Source: Candidatus Micrarchaeota archaeon (GTDB lineage Archaea; Micrarchaeota; Micrarchaeia; Anstonellales; J096). From it: a stretch of 56,257 nt of DNA. Position numbers and translations under genes: made by a program. How positions within the stretch are numbered: the first letter of the stretch is position 1; each line of letters starts with the position of its first letter. The stretch lies in NCBI GenBank assembly GCA_030550115.1, contig JAUQPY010000013.1, positions 1-56,257 of the forward strand, given 5' to 3'. Below are positions 44,647-53,796 of the stretch, piece after piece. The notes beneath the pieces are model-generated. The model made no database searches. It was not told the origin of the DNA and saw only the letters and a program-made list of their open reading frames with translations.

Positions 44647-45409
44647 TCGTGTATTCTCCAGCAGGCAATCTGCTTAGAAACTCATCTGGATGGAGGTTAT
44701 AATATTTCGCTAATCTCTTAGCTAGTTCCCCCTTAGAAAATTTTGTCCCAGGCATGAGAATGATCTGTTTATCCAGAGGAGATTTATAATACTCTGAAAC
44801 TATAAGCAATTTACCATTACTGATACCAAGTTTGAGTGATAGAGGTGTATTCTTGTACCATTCTCTTTCACCCTTTATCAAAAAACCGCCTGTACCTAGA
44901 TAACCTTCCATACTACTCTTAGTTACTTGATCAGCTTTTACACAATACACATTCACATAACCTATCCCCTCTTTCCAGGCTCTACTATAGCTAGCAGCAA
45001 GCTGTGCCACCTCCAACCTCTCATCTAAATCTGATTGAATGCCATTCAGCATGATAACAGCTGCAGATCCTTTAATATCAGCATGAAAGAACAGATCGCT
45101 ATCCTTTAGATAGTTACGAACCAGGAATTCGTTCTGCCGTTCATCTTTGCCTATTAGCACTAACTTACCAGATGAGGTTAGACTCCAATTGAATCTCTCA
45201 TACCATTCCTTCTCTACAATCACTCTCTTCTGGCTCTCAATCTCTCTGGCCTGTTCCTCCAACCTTCTCTTCTCCTCAGCAATCTTCCTATCAATTTCCT
45301 GTAGAGCAGCTCTCATTCCATCCAGCTTCTTTCTTAATTCCTTAGCTAGTTCGAAATATCTGACAGCATTCTGATATGCATCCAATTCTGTATCTAGCTC
45401 TATTTTCAT
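44636..45409 (-). CDS. NFACT-R (DUF814) domain protein: coiled coil plus the C-terminal half of an Rqc2/NEMF/FbpA-like factor
   Basis: An N-terminal charged coiled coil is followed by WYERFNWSLTSSGKLVLIGKDERQNEFLV...DLFFHADIKGSAAVIM. Confidence 0.7.
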   Translation of the reverse strand: MKIELDTELDAYQNAVRYFELAKELRKKLDGMRAALQEIDRKIAEEKRRLEEQAREIESQKRVIVEKEWYERFNWSLTSSGKLVLIGKDERQNEFLVRNYLKDSDLFFHADIKGSAAVIMLNGIQSDLDERLEVAQLAASYSRAWKEGIGYVNVYCVKADQVTKSSMEGYLGTGGFLIKGEREWYKNTPLSLKLGISNGKLLIVSEYYKSPLDKQIILMPGTKFSKGELAKRLAKYYNLHPDEFLSRLPAGEYTIRS

Positions 45410-46086
45410 CTTCCAAAATTCCTCTCTCTGGTCTGAAATTCATTTAATATCTTAATATAATCCTCTCTGGTAAAATCTGGCCATAATTTCTCCAAGAAGA
45501 ACCATTCTGAATACTCAGATTGTATTGGTAGAAAGCCCGAGGTTCTTATCCTGCCTCCGGTTCTTATTATTATATCAGGCTTGGATTTCAGCATAAGGTT
45601 CTTTTCCAGACTATCTAGATCTATTTTTTCTGAATTAACTAACTTACGAACAGCACTTAGTATCTCAATTCTACCATTATAGAATAGCAAAATATTTACC
45701 TTATATTTTTCACCATTTAATTGATTGTTTATCAACTCTATATACTCTCTTTCCTCATCTGTTAACTCTTCAAAATATCCATAAACCTTCAGGTTTATAT
45801 CTTTTAATATAGGATAAGTTGTCATAATCTCATCCTTCCTATTCTTATTCTCCTCGTAATACCTATTAACAATTCTTTTTATACTATCTAGAACCTCTCT
45901 ATCTCTGTTCTTATAATTATCATAACTCATTCCCCACCCAGTTATCTCGGTGATTCCCAGTTCTATAGACCACTTGACGAACTCTGCAAACTTCTTTATC
46001 CCGGCCTCATAGCCCTCTTCTAGACTCAGTCCTCTGCTTCTAGCCCATCTTCTATTACCATCTGGAATTACAGCAACATGCATCAT
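45406..46086 (-). CDS. uppS: Undecaprenyl/cis-prenyl diphosphate synthase
   Basis: HVAVIPDGNRRWAR...GI.EITGWGMSYDN...RTGG..RTSGFLP.QSEYSEW.F...WPDF. Confidence 0.9.
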   Translation of the reverse strand: MMHVAVIPDGNRRWARSRGLSLEEGYEAGIKKFAEFVKWSIELGITEITGWGMSYDNYKNRDREVLDSIKRIVNRYYEENKNRKDEIMTTYPILKDINLKVYGYFEELTDEEREYIELINNQLNGEKYKVNILLFYNGRIEILSAVRKLVNSEKIDLDSLEKNLMLKSKPDIIIRTGGRIRTSGFLPIQSEYSEWFFLEKLWPDFTREDYIKILNEFQTRERNFGR

Positions 46087-46114
46087 TTAAATAGGAATAG
46101 AATCATTAAAAAAT

Positions 46115-46636
46115 ATGATTGTTGTCGTAAGATTAGGGCACAGGATAGTTAGGGATCAGAGAATAACTTCACACTGTGCTCTGGTTGCAAGAGCATTTGG
46201 AGCATCAAAATTTATTTATTCTGGAGACAAGGATACAGCCCTTGAAAATAGTATTAGGAATGTGGAGTCAAGGTGGGGGCAGGCGATGGAGATAGAGTAT
46301 TCTGATAACATCATGAAAACTCTCAGAAATTACAAGGAATCTGGGTATGTCCTTATTCATTTAACTATGTATGGAATACCTGTAGAGGAGAGAATCCAGA
46401 CTCTAAAATCTCTAGACAAGATGGTTATAATAATAGGTGGCAGTAGAGTCCCCAGGGAAATCTATACGATTTCTGATTATAACATTGCAATAGGTAATCA
46501 ACCTCATAGTGAAGTAGCAGCTTTGGGGATTATGTTGCACATTTTAGGTAAGAGAGCAGAGTTCAAGAATCCCAAACTAATTATAATTCCTTCGGAAAAT
46601 GGGAAGAGAGTTATCCGAAACGATTTGAAGCAATAG
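46115..46636 (+). CDS. tRNA (cytidine56-2'-O)-methyltransferase aTrm56
   Basis: MIVVVRLGHRIVRDQRITSHCALVARAFGAS...RWGQAMEIEY closely follows the aTrm56 N-terminal pattern (MIVVLRLGHRPERDKR.TTHVAL.ARAFGA). Confidence 0.85.
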   Translation: MIVVVRLGHRIVRDQRITSHCALVARAFGASKFIYSGDKDTALENSIRNVESRWGQAMEIEYSDNIMKTLRNYKESGYVLIHLTMYGIPVEERIQTLKSLDKMVIIIGGSRVPREIYTISDYNIAIGNQPHSEVAALGIMLHILGKRAEFKNPKLIIIPSENGKRVIRNDLKQ

Positions 46637-47015
46637 CTATTATTTGAGAGATTGTCTCTATCATCCGATCTAATTTGCTTTTATATAGATTTTCCAGAAA
46701 TGATTTCAAAGGCTGATCTACAGTTTCTCCTAAGAAGTAAGCTTTATTCTCCCTATTTACTATGCCTAACCCCTGTAATCTTTTCATATGGTAATACAGA
46801 GATTTTCTATTCAATCTAGATTCTATGTATAATTGATCTATTGTAACATGTGTTCTTGATAGTTTTGCCTCTATCAATCTTCTGATTATGTATCTAACCA
46901 CTTTGCTACGACCTAGGCCTAATATATCTGCTAAAAGATTAGATATATCCTCTATTGAATTTATTCTACTAGCATCTGGATAGATAGGTTTGATAGGAAT
47001 TTTTAAATATTTCAT
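46611..47015 (-). CDS. Winged-helix (ArsR/TrmB-like) transcriptional regulator
   Basis: ..THVTIDQLYIESRLNRKSLYYHMKRLQGLGIVNRENKAYFLG.. The start is moved to ATG 47015, because the track N-terminus (to 47156) is a read-through of the tRNA-Leu gene. Confidence 0.6.
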   Translation of the reverse strand: MKYLKIPIKPIYPDASRINSIEDISNLLADILGLGRSKVVRYIIRRLIEAKLSRTHVTIDQLYIESRLNRKSLYYHMKRLQGLGIVNRENKAYFLGETVDQPLKSFLENLYKSKLDRMIETISQIIAIASNRFG

Positions 47016-47037
47016 AGATGAATATTTATTATGATAT

Positions 47038-47047
47038 TTTTTAAAAT
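47038..47047 (+). promoter_or_regulatory. Candidate TATA box (TTTTAAAATA) for tRNA-Leu(UAA)
   Basis: Ends 23 nt upstream of the tRNA 5' end. Confidence 0.35.
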
Positions 47048-47069
47048 ACAGATCTGAAAAATAAATTGA

Positions 47070-47155
47070 GCAGGGGTAGCCAAGTCTGGTCAAAGGCGCC
47101 AGGCTTAAGACCTGGTCCCGTTGTGGGTTCGTGGGTTCAAATCCCACCCCCTGCA
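47070..47155 (+). tRNA. tRNA-Leu (anticodon UAA)
   Basis: GCAGGGGTAGCCAAGTCTGGTCAAAGGCGCCAGGCTTAAGACCTGGTCCCGTTGTGGGTTCGTGGGTTCAAATCCCACCCCCTGCA. Anticodon loop CTTAAGA, long variable arm. Confidence 0.95.
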
Positions 47156-47173
47156 CATTGCTGTATTCATAAC

Positions 47174-48016
47174 CTATTTTGTTTTTATTAGATCTTTGGC
47201 CGTCAACACACTTTTTTCCTTGTCCTTGATCTCAAACATTATTTTTGGATTATACTCCTCTACATTTCTATAGAATTGAAGAAAATCATGAACATCTATT
47301 GTATCGGCATGTCTTCCTCTATCATCACCAGAACTGTAGTCTATAATCAGATTATCTTTTAGAATATCTAAAATCTCCTGTAATGAGTAATTCGACGGAT
47401 TTATCCTATCATGATATACATCAAATACAATATGCGCTCCTGTAGATCTTGCTATCTTTAGAACATCTTCAAAATTATATAATCTATCATCATTCTCAAT
47501 AGCCAATCTTCTTCTTACTTTATAGGGTAAGCTATTATAAGAATTTATAAATCTATTTATAGCTTCAGCTTTGTTATCGAAAATTCCCCCGATATGTATC
47601 TGTATCAAACCCTCTATTTTCATTAAATCCAATAGATCTGCGTGCCACTCTAATTCTCTTATGCTTCTCCGAATTACATCCTGATTTTTAGAGTTGAGAA
47701 CTACATATTGTCCAGGATGCATGGTAATGAAAAATTCTTGTTCTCTTATAAATTCGCCAAGTTCCTCTAGTTGATCTCTAAATTCATCCTGCCAATTAAA
47801 ATCAAAAATATCATGGCTTGCGAATGGGATGAACTGAGAACCTAATCTAAAAAATTTAATATCATATCTAAGATTAAACTTCAAAATATCCCAGAAATGA
47901 TCTATATTCTTTTGCACAGTCTCTCTTACTTTCTGATGACTGTATGAACTAAGTTTAAACGTATTGTTTGTAGATCTTTTGATAGTATAATTCACACATG
48001 GATAACCAATGTACAT
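47174..48016 (-). CDS. uvdE: UV damage endonuclease (UvdE/UVDE family)
   Basis: MYIGYPCVN...FRLGSQFIPFASH...HPGQY..LNS...HIGG match TIM-barrel UvdE-like motifs. Confidence 0.7.
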   Translation of the reverse strand: MYIGYPCVNYTIKRSTNNTFKLSSYSHQKVRETVQKNIDHFWDILKFNLRYDIKFFRLGSQFIPFASHDIFDFNWQDEFRDQLEELGEFIREQEFFITMHPGQYVVLNSKNQDVIRRSIRELEWHADLLDLMKIEGLIQIHIGGIFDNKAEAINRFINSYNSLPYKVRRRLAIENDDRLYNFEDVLKIARSTGAHIVFDVYHDRINPSNYSLQEILDILKDNLIIDYSSGDDRGRHADTIDVHDFLQFYRNVEEYNPKIMFEIKDKEKSVLTAKDLIKTK

Positions 48017-48052
48017 ATAAACTTTTTAATTCAAAACATCTATTTTAAATCA

Positions 48053-49654
48053 ATGTGCGGGATACTCGGATATGTTGGTAACAGACCAAAAGAATTTATA
48101 TTATATGGTCTGAAAGCAATAGAATATAGAGGATATGATTCTGTAGGATTGTATGATGGTAGATTAATAAGATCTGTTGGTAAAGTTGATGAATTTCTAC
48201 CAAAGATTCCAGAAACGTTGAGATCACCAGTTATTGCTCATACTAGATGGGCAACACATGGAGGTATAGAGGAGAAGAATGCCCATCCCCATAAATATGG
48301 TAAAATAGTATTAGTTCATAACGGAACCGTAGATCTACCTGAGTTTCCAGATTTAAAATCAGATACTGATACGGAGAGAATTGCAGCACTTCTTAATTTA
48401 TACCTGGAGGAGGAAAAAGATATTTTGAGAGCCTTATATAGATTATCCAATTCTCTAAATGGAATCTATAGTTTGGCGATCATACTTGAAAACGATGACA
48501 GGAGAGTATATTTTGCAAAAAGAGGGACTCCTCTGCTAATTGGTATAGGACATGGAGAAATGTTTTTAGCTTCAGACATAGCAGCATTCATAAAATATAC
48601 AAGAGAATATATAAGATTAGAAGACGGTGATTATGGTTACATAGAGCAGGGAGGGTATAAGATATTTAATAATGGTATCGTAATAGAGAGACCAGTTAGA
48701 ATGTTTGAGGGGAATTTTGAATCAGCTATAAAAGGGGAATATCCGCATTTCATGCTAAAGGAAATACATGAGCAGAGAGATATCATTGAATTAATACTAC
48801 CTGGAGATCTGAAGAGAATTAGAGAAATACTCAGAAAAAATCGAGTTGATGGAATAGCTGCAGGTAGTAGCTATCATGCTATATTATTCATAAAATATCT
48901 GACAAAGTTCAATATAACCCCTTACATTTCATCTGAGTACCCATATCTGGTCACTAAACCTTCAAAATATATTTTCACTATCAGTCAGAGTGGGGAAACT
49001 ATAGATACTATTAATGCAGTTAATTATGCAAAATCCAAAGGGGCTAAAGTGTTATCTTTAACCAACTATTTAGGTTCAACATTAGCTGCAATCTCTGATT
49101 ATGTAATTCCTATGAATGCCGGAATAGAAATAGGTGTAGCTGCTACTAAAACATTCTTAACTCAGATTCTATTTGGTTATAAGCTTATTAGTAGATTTGA
49201 TCTTAATGAAATAAAACAGGCAATCGATATAGCTCTTAGAAAAGATCTTATCCAGCTAGATCCAACGAAAAAAATTTTCTTTGTAGGTAAAGGTATAAAT
49301 TATCCAATTGCTATGGAAGGGGCTCTAAAACTGAAAGAGATAAGTTATTTACATGCTGAGGCATTTGCAGCAGGTGAGATGAAGCATGGGCCACTGAGTC
49401 TTTTTGATGAGAATTCACAGACAATATTTATTCATGGTAATGATGAGAGTTATCAGAGTGCTATTAATAACTACAAGGAGATTGTTGCTAGAGGCAGTAA
49501 AGTATTTCTTATAGATCCGAATTTCTTAACTCCAAACTATTTCCATATTGCTGCGGTAGTGTATTTGCAGAGATTGGCATATAGTATAGCTGTTAGTTTG
49601 GGAAGAGATCCTGACAAACCAAGATTTTTAGCTAAAGCGGTGACTGTAGAATGA
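48053..49654 (+). CDS. glmS: Glutamine--fructose-6-phosphate aminotransferase (compact, 533 aa)
   Basis: N-terminal MCGILGYVG (Ntn Cys), two SIS domains (SQSGETIDT..), and the C-terminal LAKAVTVE. Confidence 0.9.
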   Translation: MCGILGYVGNRPKEFILYGLKAIEYRGYDSVGLYDGRLIRSVGKVDEFLPKIPETLRSPVIAHTRWATHGGIEEKNAHPHKYGKIVLVHNGTVDLPEFPDLKSDTDTERIAALLNLYLEEEKDILRALYRLSNSLNGIYSLAIILENDDRRVYFAKRGTPLLIGIGHGEMFLASDIAAFIKYTREYIRLEDGDYGYIEQGGYKIFNNGIVIERPVRMFEGNFESAIKGEYPHFMLKEIHEQRDIIELILPGDLKRIREILRKNRVDGIAAGSSYHAILFIKYLTKFNITPYISSEYPYLVTKPSKYIFTISQSGETIDTINAVNYAKSKGAKVLSLTNYLGSTLAAISDYVIPMNAGIEIGVAATKTFLTQILFGYKLISRFDLNEIKQAIDIALRKDLIQLDPTKKIFFVGKGINYPIAMEGALKLKEISYLHAEAFAAGEMKHGPLSLFDENSQTIFIHGNDESYQSAINNYKEIVARGSKVFLIDPNFLTPNYFHIAAVVYLQRLAYSIAVSLGRDPDKPRFLAKAVTVE

Positions 49655-50749
49655 AAATGCTAATAAATTCTCTAGAACTAGGAGGCGCAGAGAGATCACT
49701 GATTACTCTATCGAAATATTTGGATATGGAAATATTCACACTATATGATAACTCTATGCAGTTGGATATCAAATACACACCATTAATCAGAACTAAGAGA
49801 ATGAGCGGTATCTTAACTTATCTGTATATGCCTGTTTTTCTCTTAAAGGCCAGAAAATTTTTTGCAACGAATGATGTAGTAATTTCACATCTCAATCAAT
49901 CCAATTTTTTAAATTTTATTATGAAGAACTCTCTTAGAACCAAAGCGATAATGGTGATACATAATTTAAACTTAAATCGAAAAATTCCATTCGAGAAACA
50001 GGTATTCAAGTCAGCGGATAGGATTGTATGTGTGTCAGAACATATGAGGGTTGATGCTGTCCATAGATACAAGAACCCGAATACAATAACAATTCATAAT
50101 CCTATTGATTTAGATTATATTAAAGATCAGGCAACACATGGTAAATATTTAGATGGGAGAGTATATCATAAACATCGGAAGATATGTAGATTTAAAAAAT
50201 CAGAAGTTTCTAATAGACGTTTATAGTAAGATTAGGAATAGGAATGATCTAAAACTTCTGATCTTGGGATATGGGCCTTTGGAGAATGAATTGATAAATT
50301 TGGCAAAATCCCGTGGATTCAGAGTGGGTAGGTCTCCAGATGAGGAGGCAGATGTTTATATATTCAAGACCAATAATCCATATGTTTATCTCAAAGGTGC
50401 AAAGGCATACATACATACTTCGGTAATGGAAGGATTTAGTGTTGTACTACTGGAAGCACTCTCCTTGAATATACCTGTATTTACTTCTGATCATAAATAT
50501 GGATCTAGAGAAGCATTAGGAATATATGATTTTGAATTCCGACCAGAATACCCTTACAGAACTGAGTTAGGTGCTCTATTGCCTGTGGCAACAGATGTTA
50601 ACTCCAGAGAGGGACAGATCTGGGTAGAGAGTTTACCTATGTTATTGGAAGAGTATGATAGGGTTCCTGGAGAGAGGTATGTAAGAGAGAAATTCAGTCC
50701 AGAGGTTATTGCAAGTAGATGGAGGGATATAATTAACTCTCTAGAATAG
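49651..50749 (+). pseudogene. Glycosyltransferase family 1 gene split by a single frameshift near 50152-50160
   Basis: ORF 49651..50226 carries the N-terminal Rossmann half. ORF 50153..50749, one frame over, carries ..INIGRYVDLKNQKFLIDVY...HTSVMEGFSVVLLEALSLNIPVFTS... The frames overlap at GAT GGG AGA. Confidence 0.6.
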
Positions 50750-51479
50750 CTAAAGTATTTGCGATCAAATCGGCGGTGAGATAGGTGCTTTTTGGATTAT
50801 CTACTGTTTCTACGAAATCCATACCTAACACCATCTTACCAGTTATTCCTTCTATAAATTCTAACAATTCTCCGTATGATTTGCCTCCATAACTTGGGAC
50901 ATTTGTATCTATATAAATAGGATCCAACACATCAAGATCCACAGATAGATAGAATCTATCTATTTCTAATCTATCTAGAGTTTTATATGCAATATCTAAT
51001 TCTTCGGGCTCTACAACCCTCACTCCATAGTAATAGATTTCCTCCGAATATTCGATCAATCTTCTACCAACACACGCATGACTGTATTCACTACCTTCAT
51101 ACTCAGAATATAAATCCAGATGAGCATCTACAAGAATATATCTGTTAAATAAACCCACAGTGGATATTGTGATTGAATGATCGCCACCAATCATTATTGG
51201 AATTTTGTTTTTGGACAGAATATAATCTAAAATATTATGTAATTCGCGCATAGCTTTGGAAGGATCTATAGAAGGGATGACAAGATCAAATGTATATACC
51301 GGGATATCGTTATATCGTATTCCATATCTATTGTTGTAACCTGGAAGATTTAATGATTGGCGAATAATCCCTATCGCTGCCTCTCTTGATAAGGGTTTTC
51401 CATAGATAACAGGTATTATTATATACTTAGCTTCATCGAAATCATATTCTGAACCCAAAAATGAGAACTTAAGCAGCAT
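50733..51479 (-). CDS. speB: Agmatinase/arginase-family ureohydrolase
   Basis: GGDHSITIS, VDAHLDL and SVDLDVLDP metal-binding motifs. Confidence 0.8.
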   Translation of the reverse strand: MLLKFSFLGSEYDFDEAKYIIIPVIYGKPLSREAAIGIIRQSLNLPGYNNRYGIRYNDIPVYTFDLVIPSIDPSKAMRELHNILDYILSKNKIPIMIGGDHSITISTVGLFNRYILVDAHLDLYSEYEGSEYSHACVGRRLIEYSEEIYYYGVRVVEPEELDIAYKTLDRLEIDRFYLSVDLDVLDPIYIDTNVPSYGGKSYGELLEFIEGITGKMVLGMDFVETVDNPKSTYLTADLIANTLAILES

Positions 51480-51529
51480 ATATATAGCATATTCGATATC
51501 TTTAAATAGCTATTTTTGTTAATAAACTC

Positions 51530-52780
51530 ATGAGTCAGAACATACTGCATGAATATGATGTAGTTATAGTTGGAGCTGGTCCTGGTGGGTCTGGAACAGC
51601 TCTTCATCTTAGAGATAGTGGATTGAAGATCGCTCTATTGGATAAGCAAAAGTTTCCTAGAGATAAGGTGTGTGGTGATGGGGTAAGTGGTAAATCTTCT
51701 ACAATTCTTAAGGAGCTAGGCCTGTTTGATGAGTTATTCAAATTACCACATGGCCCAGGATATGGTGTGTGGATGAGCGGACCTAATGGCATCGATCTTA
51801 TAGTAGATTCTAGACAGGAAAAACCTGATGCCAAGCCTCATGGAGCTGTTGTTAGAAGAATCGATTTCGATAATTTTCTATATCAAAATGCTAAGAAAGT
51901 AGAGGGTTTAGACGCCTATGAGCAAATGACTGTGTTTGATCTGATAAAAGAGAATGATAATTACGTAGGTGTTTTGGCTAAAGATAATTCAGGAAATATA
52001 CATGAGTTTAGAGCAAAAATAATAGTTGGAGCAGATGGTGCTGCTTCAGTAGTAGCTAACAAGGCAGGGGTAGCATTCAGAGATCCAGATCATTATGTTT
52101 CTGCTGTAAGAGCATATTATGATGGAGTGGAAGGAATGAGAGAGGTAATAGAAATACATTTTGTAGAAGAGGCATTACCTGGATACTTCTGGATATTCCC
52201 TCTAGAAGGTAAGAAAGCTAATGTTGGTATTGGAATGCTAGATAGAGATATGAGAAACAAGAAGGTTAATTTAAGCCAACTCATGGAAAAATTGATAAAT
52301 GAACACCCTAAATTTAAAGATAGATTTAAGAATGCAAAGAGATTAACTAATATAATAGGTTGGACATTACCTTTGGGTTCTAAGAGGAGAAAACCATATT
52401 TTAATGGATTACTTCTAGTAGGTGATGCAGCAGCTCTAATAGATCCTCTGACAGGTGAAGGTATAGGGAATGCACTACTATCATCTAAATTAGCAGCTCA
52501 AACAATAAAAAAAGCTTTTGAATTAGGGGACTTTTCAGAGAAAGTATTGAAAATGTACGATGATCTGTTAAAGGAGAAACTAGATCCAGAACTCCAAACA
52601 ATGTATAGGATTCAGAGACTTGGTTCTATTAGATGGTTGTTGAATCATTTCTTCAACAGAGTGAATCATAAGAGAGAATTAAAAGAATTGATCACTTCCA
52701 CAATAGTATCAGAGGATACTCTTAAGTATAAGAAACAGCTTACTGATCCAATATTCCTAATTAAGAATCTATTTCTATGA
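51530..52780 (+). CDS. Geranylgeranyl reductase family flavoprotein
   Basis: YDVVIVGAGPGGSGTA, DKVCGDG, GADGAAS, and LLVGDAAALIDPLTGEGI. Confidence 0.8.
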   Translation: MSQNILHEYDVVIVGAGPGGSGTALHLRDSGLKIALLDKQKFPRDKVCGDGVSGKSSTILKELGLFDELFKLPHGPGYGVWMSGPNGIDLIVDSRQEKPDAKPHGAVVRRIDFDNFLYQNAKKVEGLDAYEQMTVFDLIKENDNYVGVLAKDNSGNIHEFRAKIIVGADGAASVVANKAGVAFRDPDHYVSAVRAYYDGVEGMREVIEIHFVEEALPGYFWIFPLEGKKANVGIGMLDRDMRNKKVNLSQLMEKLINEHPKFKDRFKNAKRLTNIIGWTLPLGSKRRKPYFNGLLLVGDAAALIDPLTGEGIGNALLSSKLAAQTIKKAFELGDFSEKVLKMYDDLLKEKLDPELQTMYRIQRLGSIRWLLNHFFNRVNHKRELKELITSTIVSEDTLKYKKQLTDPIFLIKNLFL

Positions 52781-53466
52781 GAGATGATTTAAAGAAGAAA
52801 TTCTTGAAAAAATTGGAGAGAAAGTTACAGGAACCTTCAGAGGATCAGTATATAGTTAATCTGATTAGGGCATATTATGATCTAAAGGATACTCAAAATC
52901 TCTTTGAAGAGAGATTGCAAGAGTGGATTAAAAACTCTATGTATCTAGATGTAAAAGATCCTAAGGACCCACAGGTATATGAATCAATTAGAAAACATGG
53001 ATTTGATGAGAGCGTTTACAGAGAATTTGTCGATATATATGATGTCATACGACGTGAGGAACGGCAGATCAGGCAGAAGATAGAGCAACTTATTCAGAGT
53101 AGATTCCCTAATTCGAGCTATTTGGTAGGTCCTTTTATAGTAGCTATGATGTTAGAGAAAATGGGTAGTTATGATAAATTGGTGAATGCGCCAGCATCAA
53201 CTATACAGGTTATCGGTGCAGAAAAGGCACTCTTTAAACATATCCGATCCAAAGGTAAAATAAAACCACCCAAACATGGTATATTATATCTATCGCCTTG
53301 GGTTAATAGATTACCAAAACGACTTAGAGGTAAGATGGCTAGAACACTTGCATCCAAACTTTCTATAGCTATGAAAGCAGATATGGCTGGTAGAGATATA
53401 AAAGAGGAATTATACAACAAGATCAGAAAGAGATATGAAGAATTGGAAAAGGAGGGGAAAAAATAG
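52777..53466 (+). CDS. Nop5/Nop56/58-family C/D RNP protein, short form (coiled coil plus Nop domain only)
   Basis: ..LQEWIKN.. followed by LVNAPASTIQVIGAEKALFKHIRSKGKIKPPKHGILYLSPWV...RGKMARTLASKLSIAMKAD. ATGA overlap with the upstream gene. Confidence 0.75.
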   Translation: MRDDLKKKFLKKLERKLQEPSEDQYIVNLIRAYYDLKDTQNLFEERLQEWIKNSMYLDVKDPKDPQVYESIRKHGFDESVYREFVDIYDVIRREERQIRQKIEQLIQSRFPNSSYLVGPFIVAMMLEKMGSYDKLVNAPASTIQVIGAEKALFKHIRSKGKIKPPKHGILYLSPWVNRLPKRLRGKMARTLASKLSIAMKADMAGRDIKEELYNKIRKRYEELEKEGKK

Positions 53467-53472
53467 AAAGGA

Positions 53473-53760
53473 TTAAGCCTCAACTATAATTTCTATAGCA
53501 GAGACTTTTGTCACTTTTCCATCTTCTTTTGGTACATCTTCTGTAGATGTAGTTATGGATTTTGTTTTTATATCTGGTCTGTATTTTCTCTTTAGCAACT
53601 CTAGAACAGTCACTGCTCTTGCTATCTGCTTTCCTCTAGCTCTTATTACTACCTCTTTTGCACCCTGGCTGAGCTGTGTTAGTACTGCTAACACGTATCC
53701 TATTGTAGGCTTCTTTCCGATTAGAACTACATTATCATTTTCTGGTTTGTTTTCAGGCAT
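53473..53760 (-). CDS. albA: Alba DNA/RNA-binding protein
   Basis: NVVLIGKKPTIGYVLAVLTQL.QGAKEVVIRARGKQIARAVTVLELLKRKY. An SD-like AGGTGA lies upstream. Confidence 0.85.
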   Translation of the reverse strand: MPENKPENDNVVLIGKKPTIGYVLAVLTQLSQGAKEVVIRARGKQIARAVTVLELLKRKYRPDIKTKSITTSTEDVPKEDGKVTKVSAIEIIVEA

Positions 53761-53796
53761 AGTCTCACCTGCTTTTATTATAACATAGAAATCTTT

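Noticed and set aside
26219-47155. The two tRNA-Leu genes as a 21-kb-spaced inverted repeat that could mediate inversion
   Set aside because: Identity is limited to the acceptor and T arms (about 7 plus 25 nt), as expected for isoacceptors. There is no evidence of rearrangement.
47016-47156. N-terminal 47 codons of track ORF 46611..47156 (MQGVGFEPTNPQRDQV...)
   Set aside because: This stretch is the antisense read-through of tRNA-Leu(UAA) at 47070-47155. The regulator most plausibly starts at ATG 47015.
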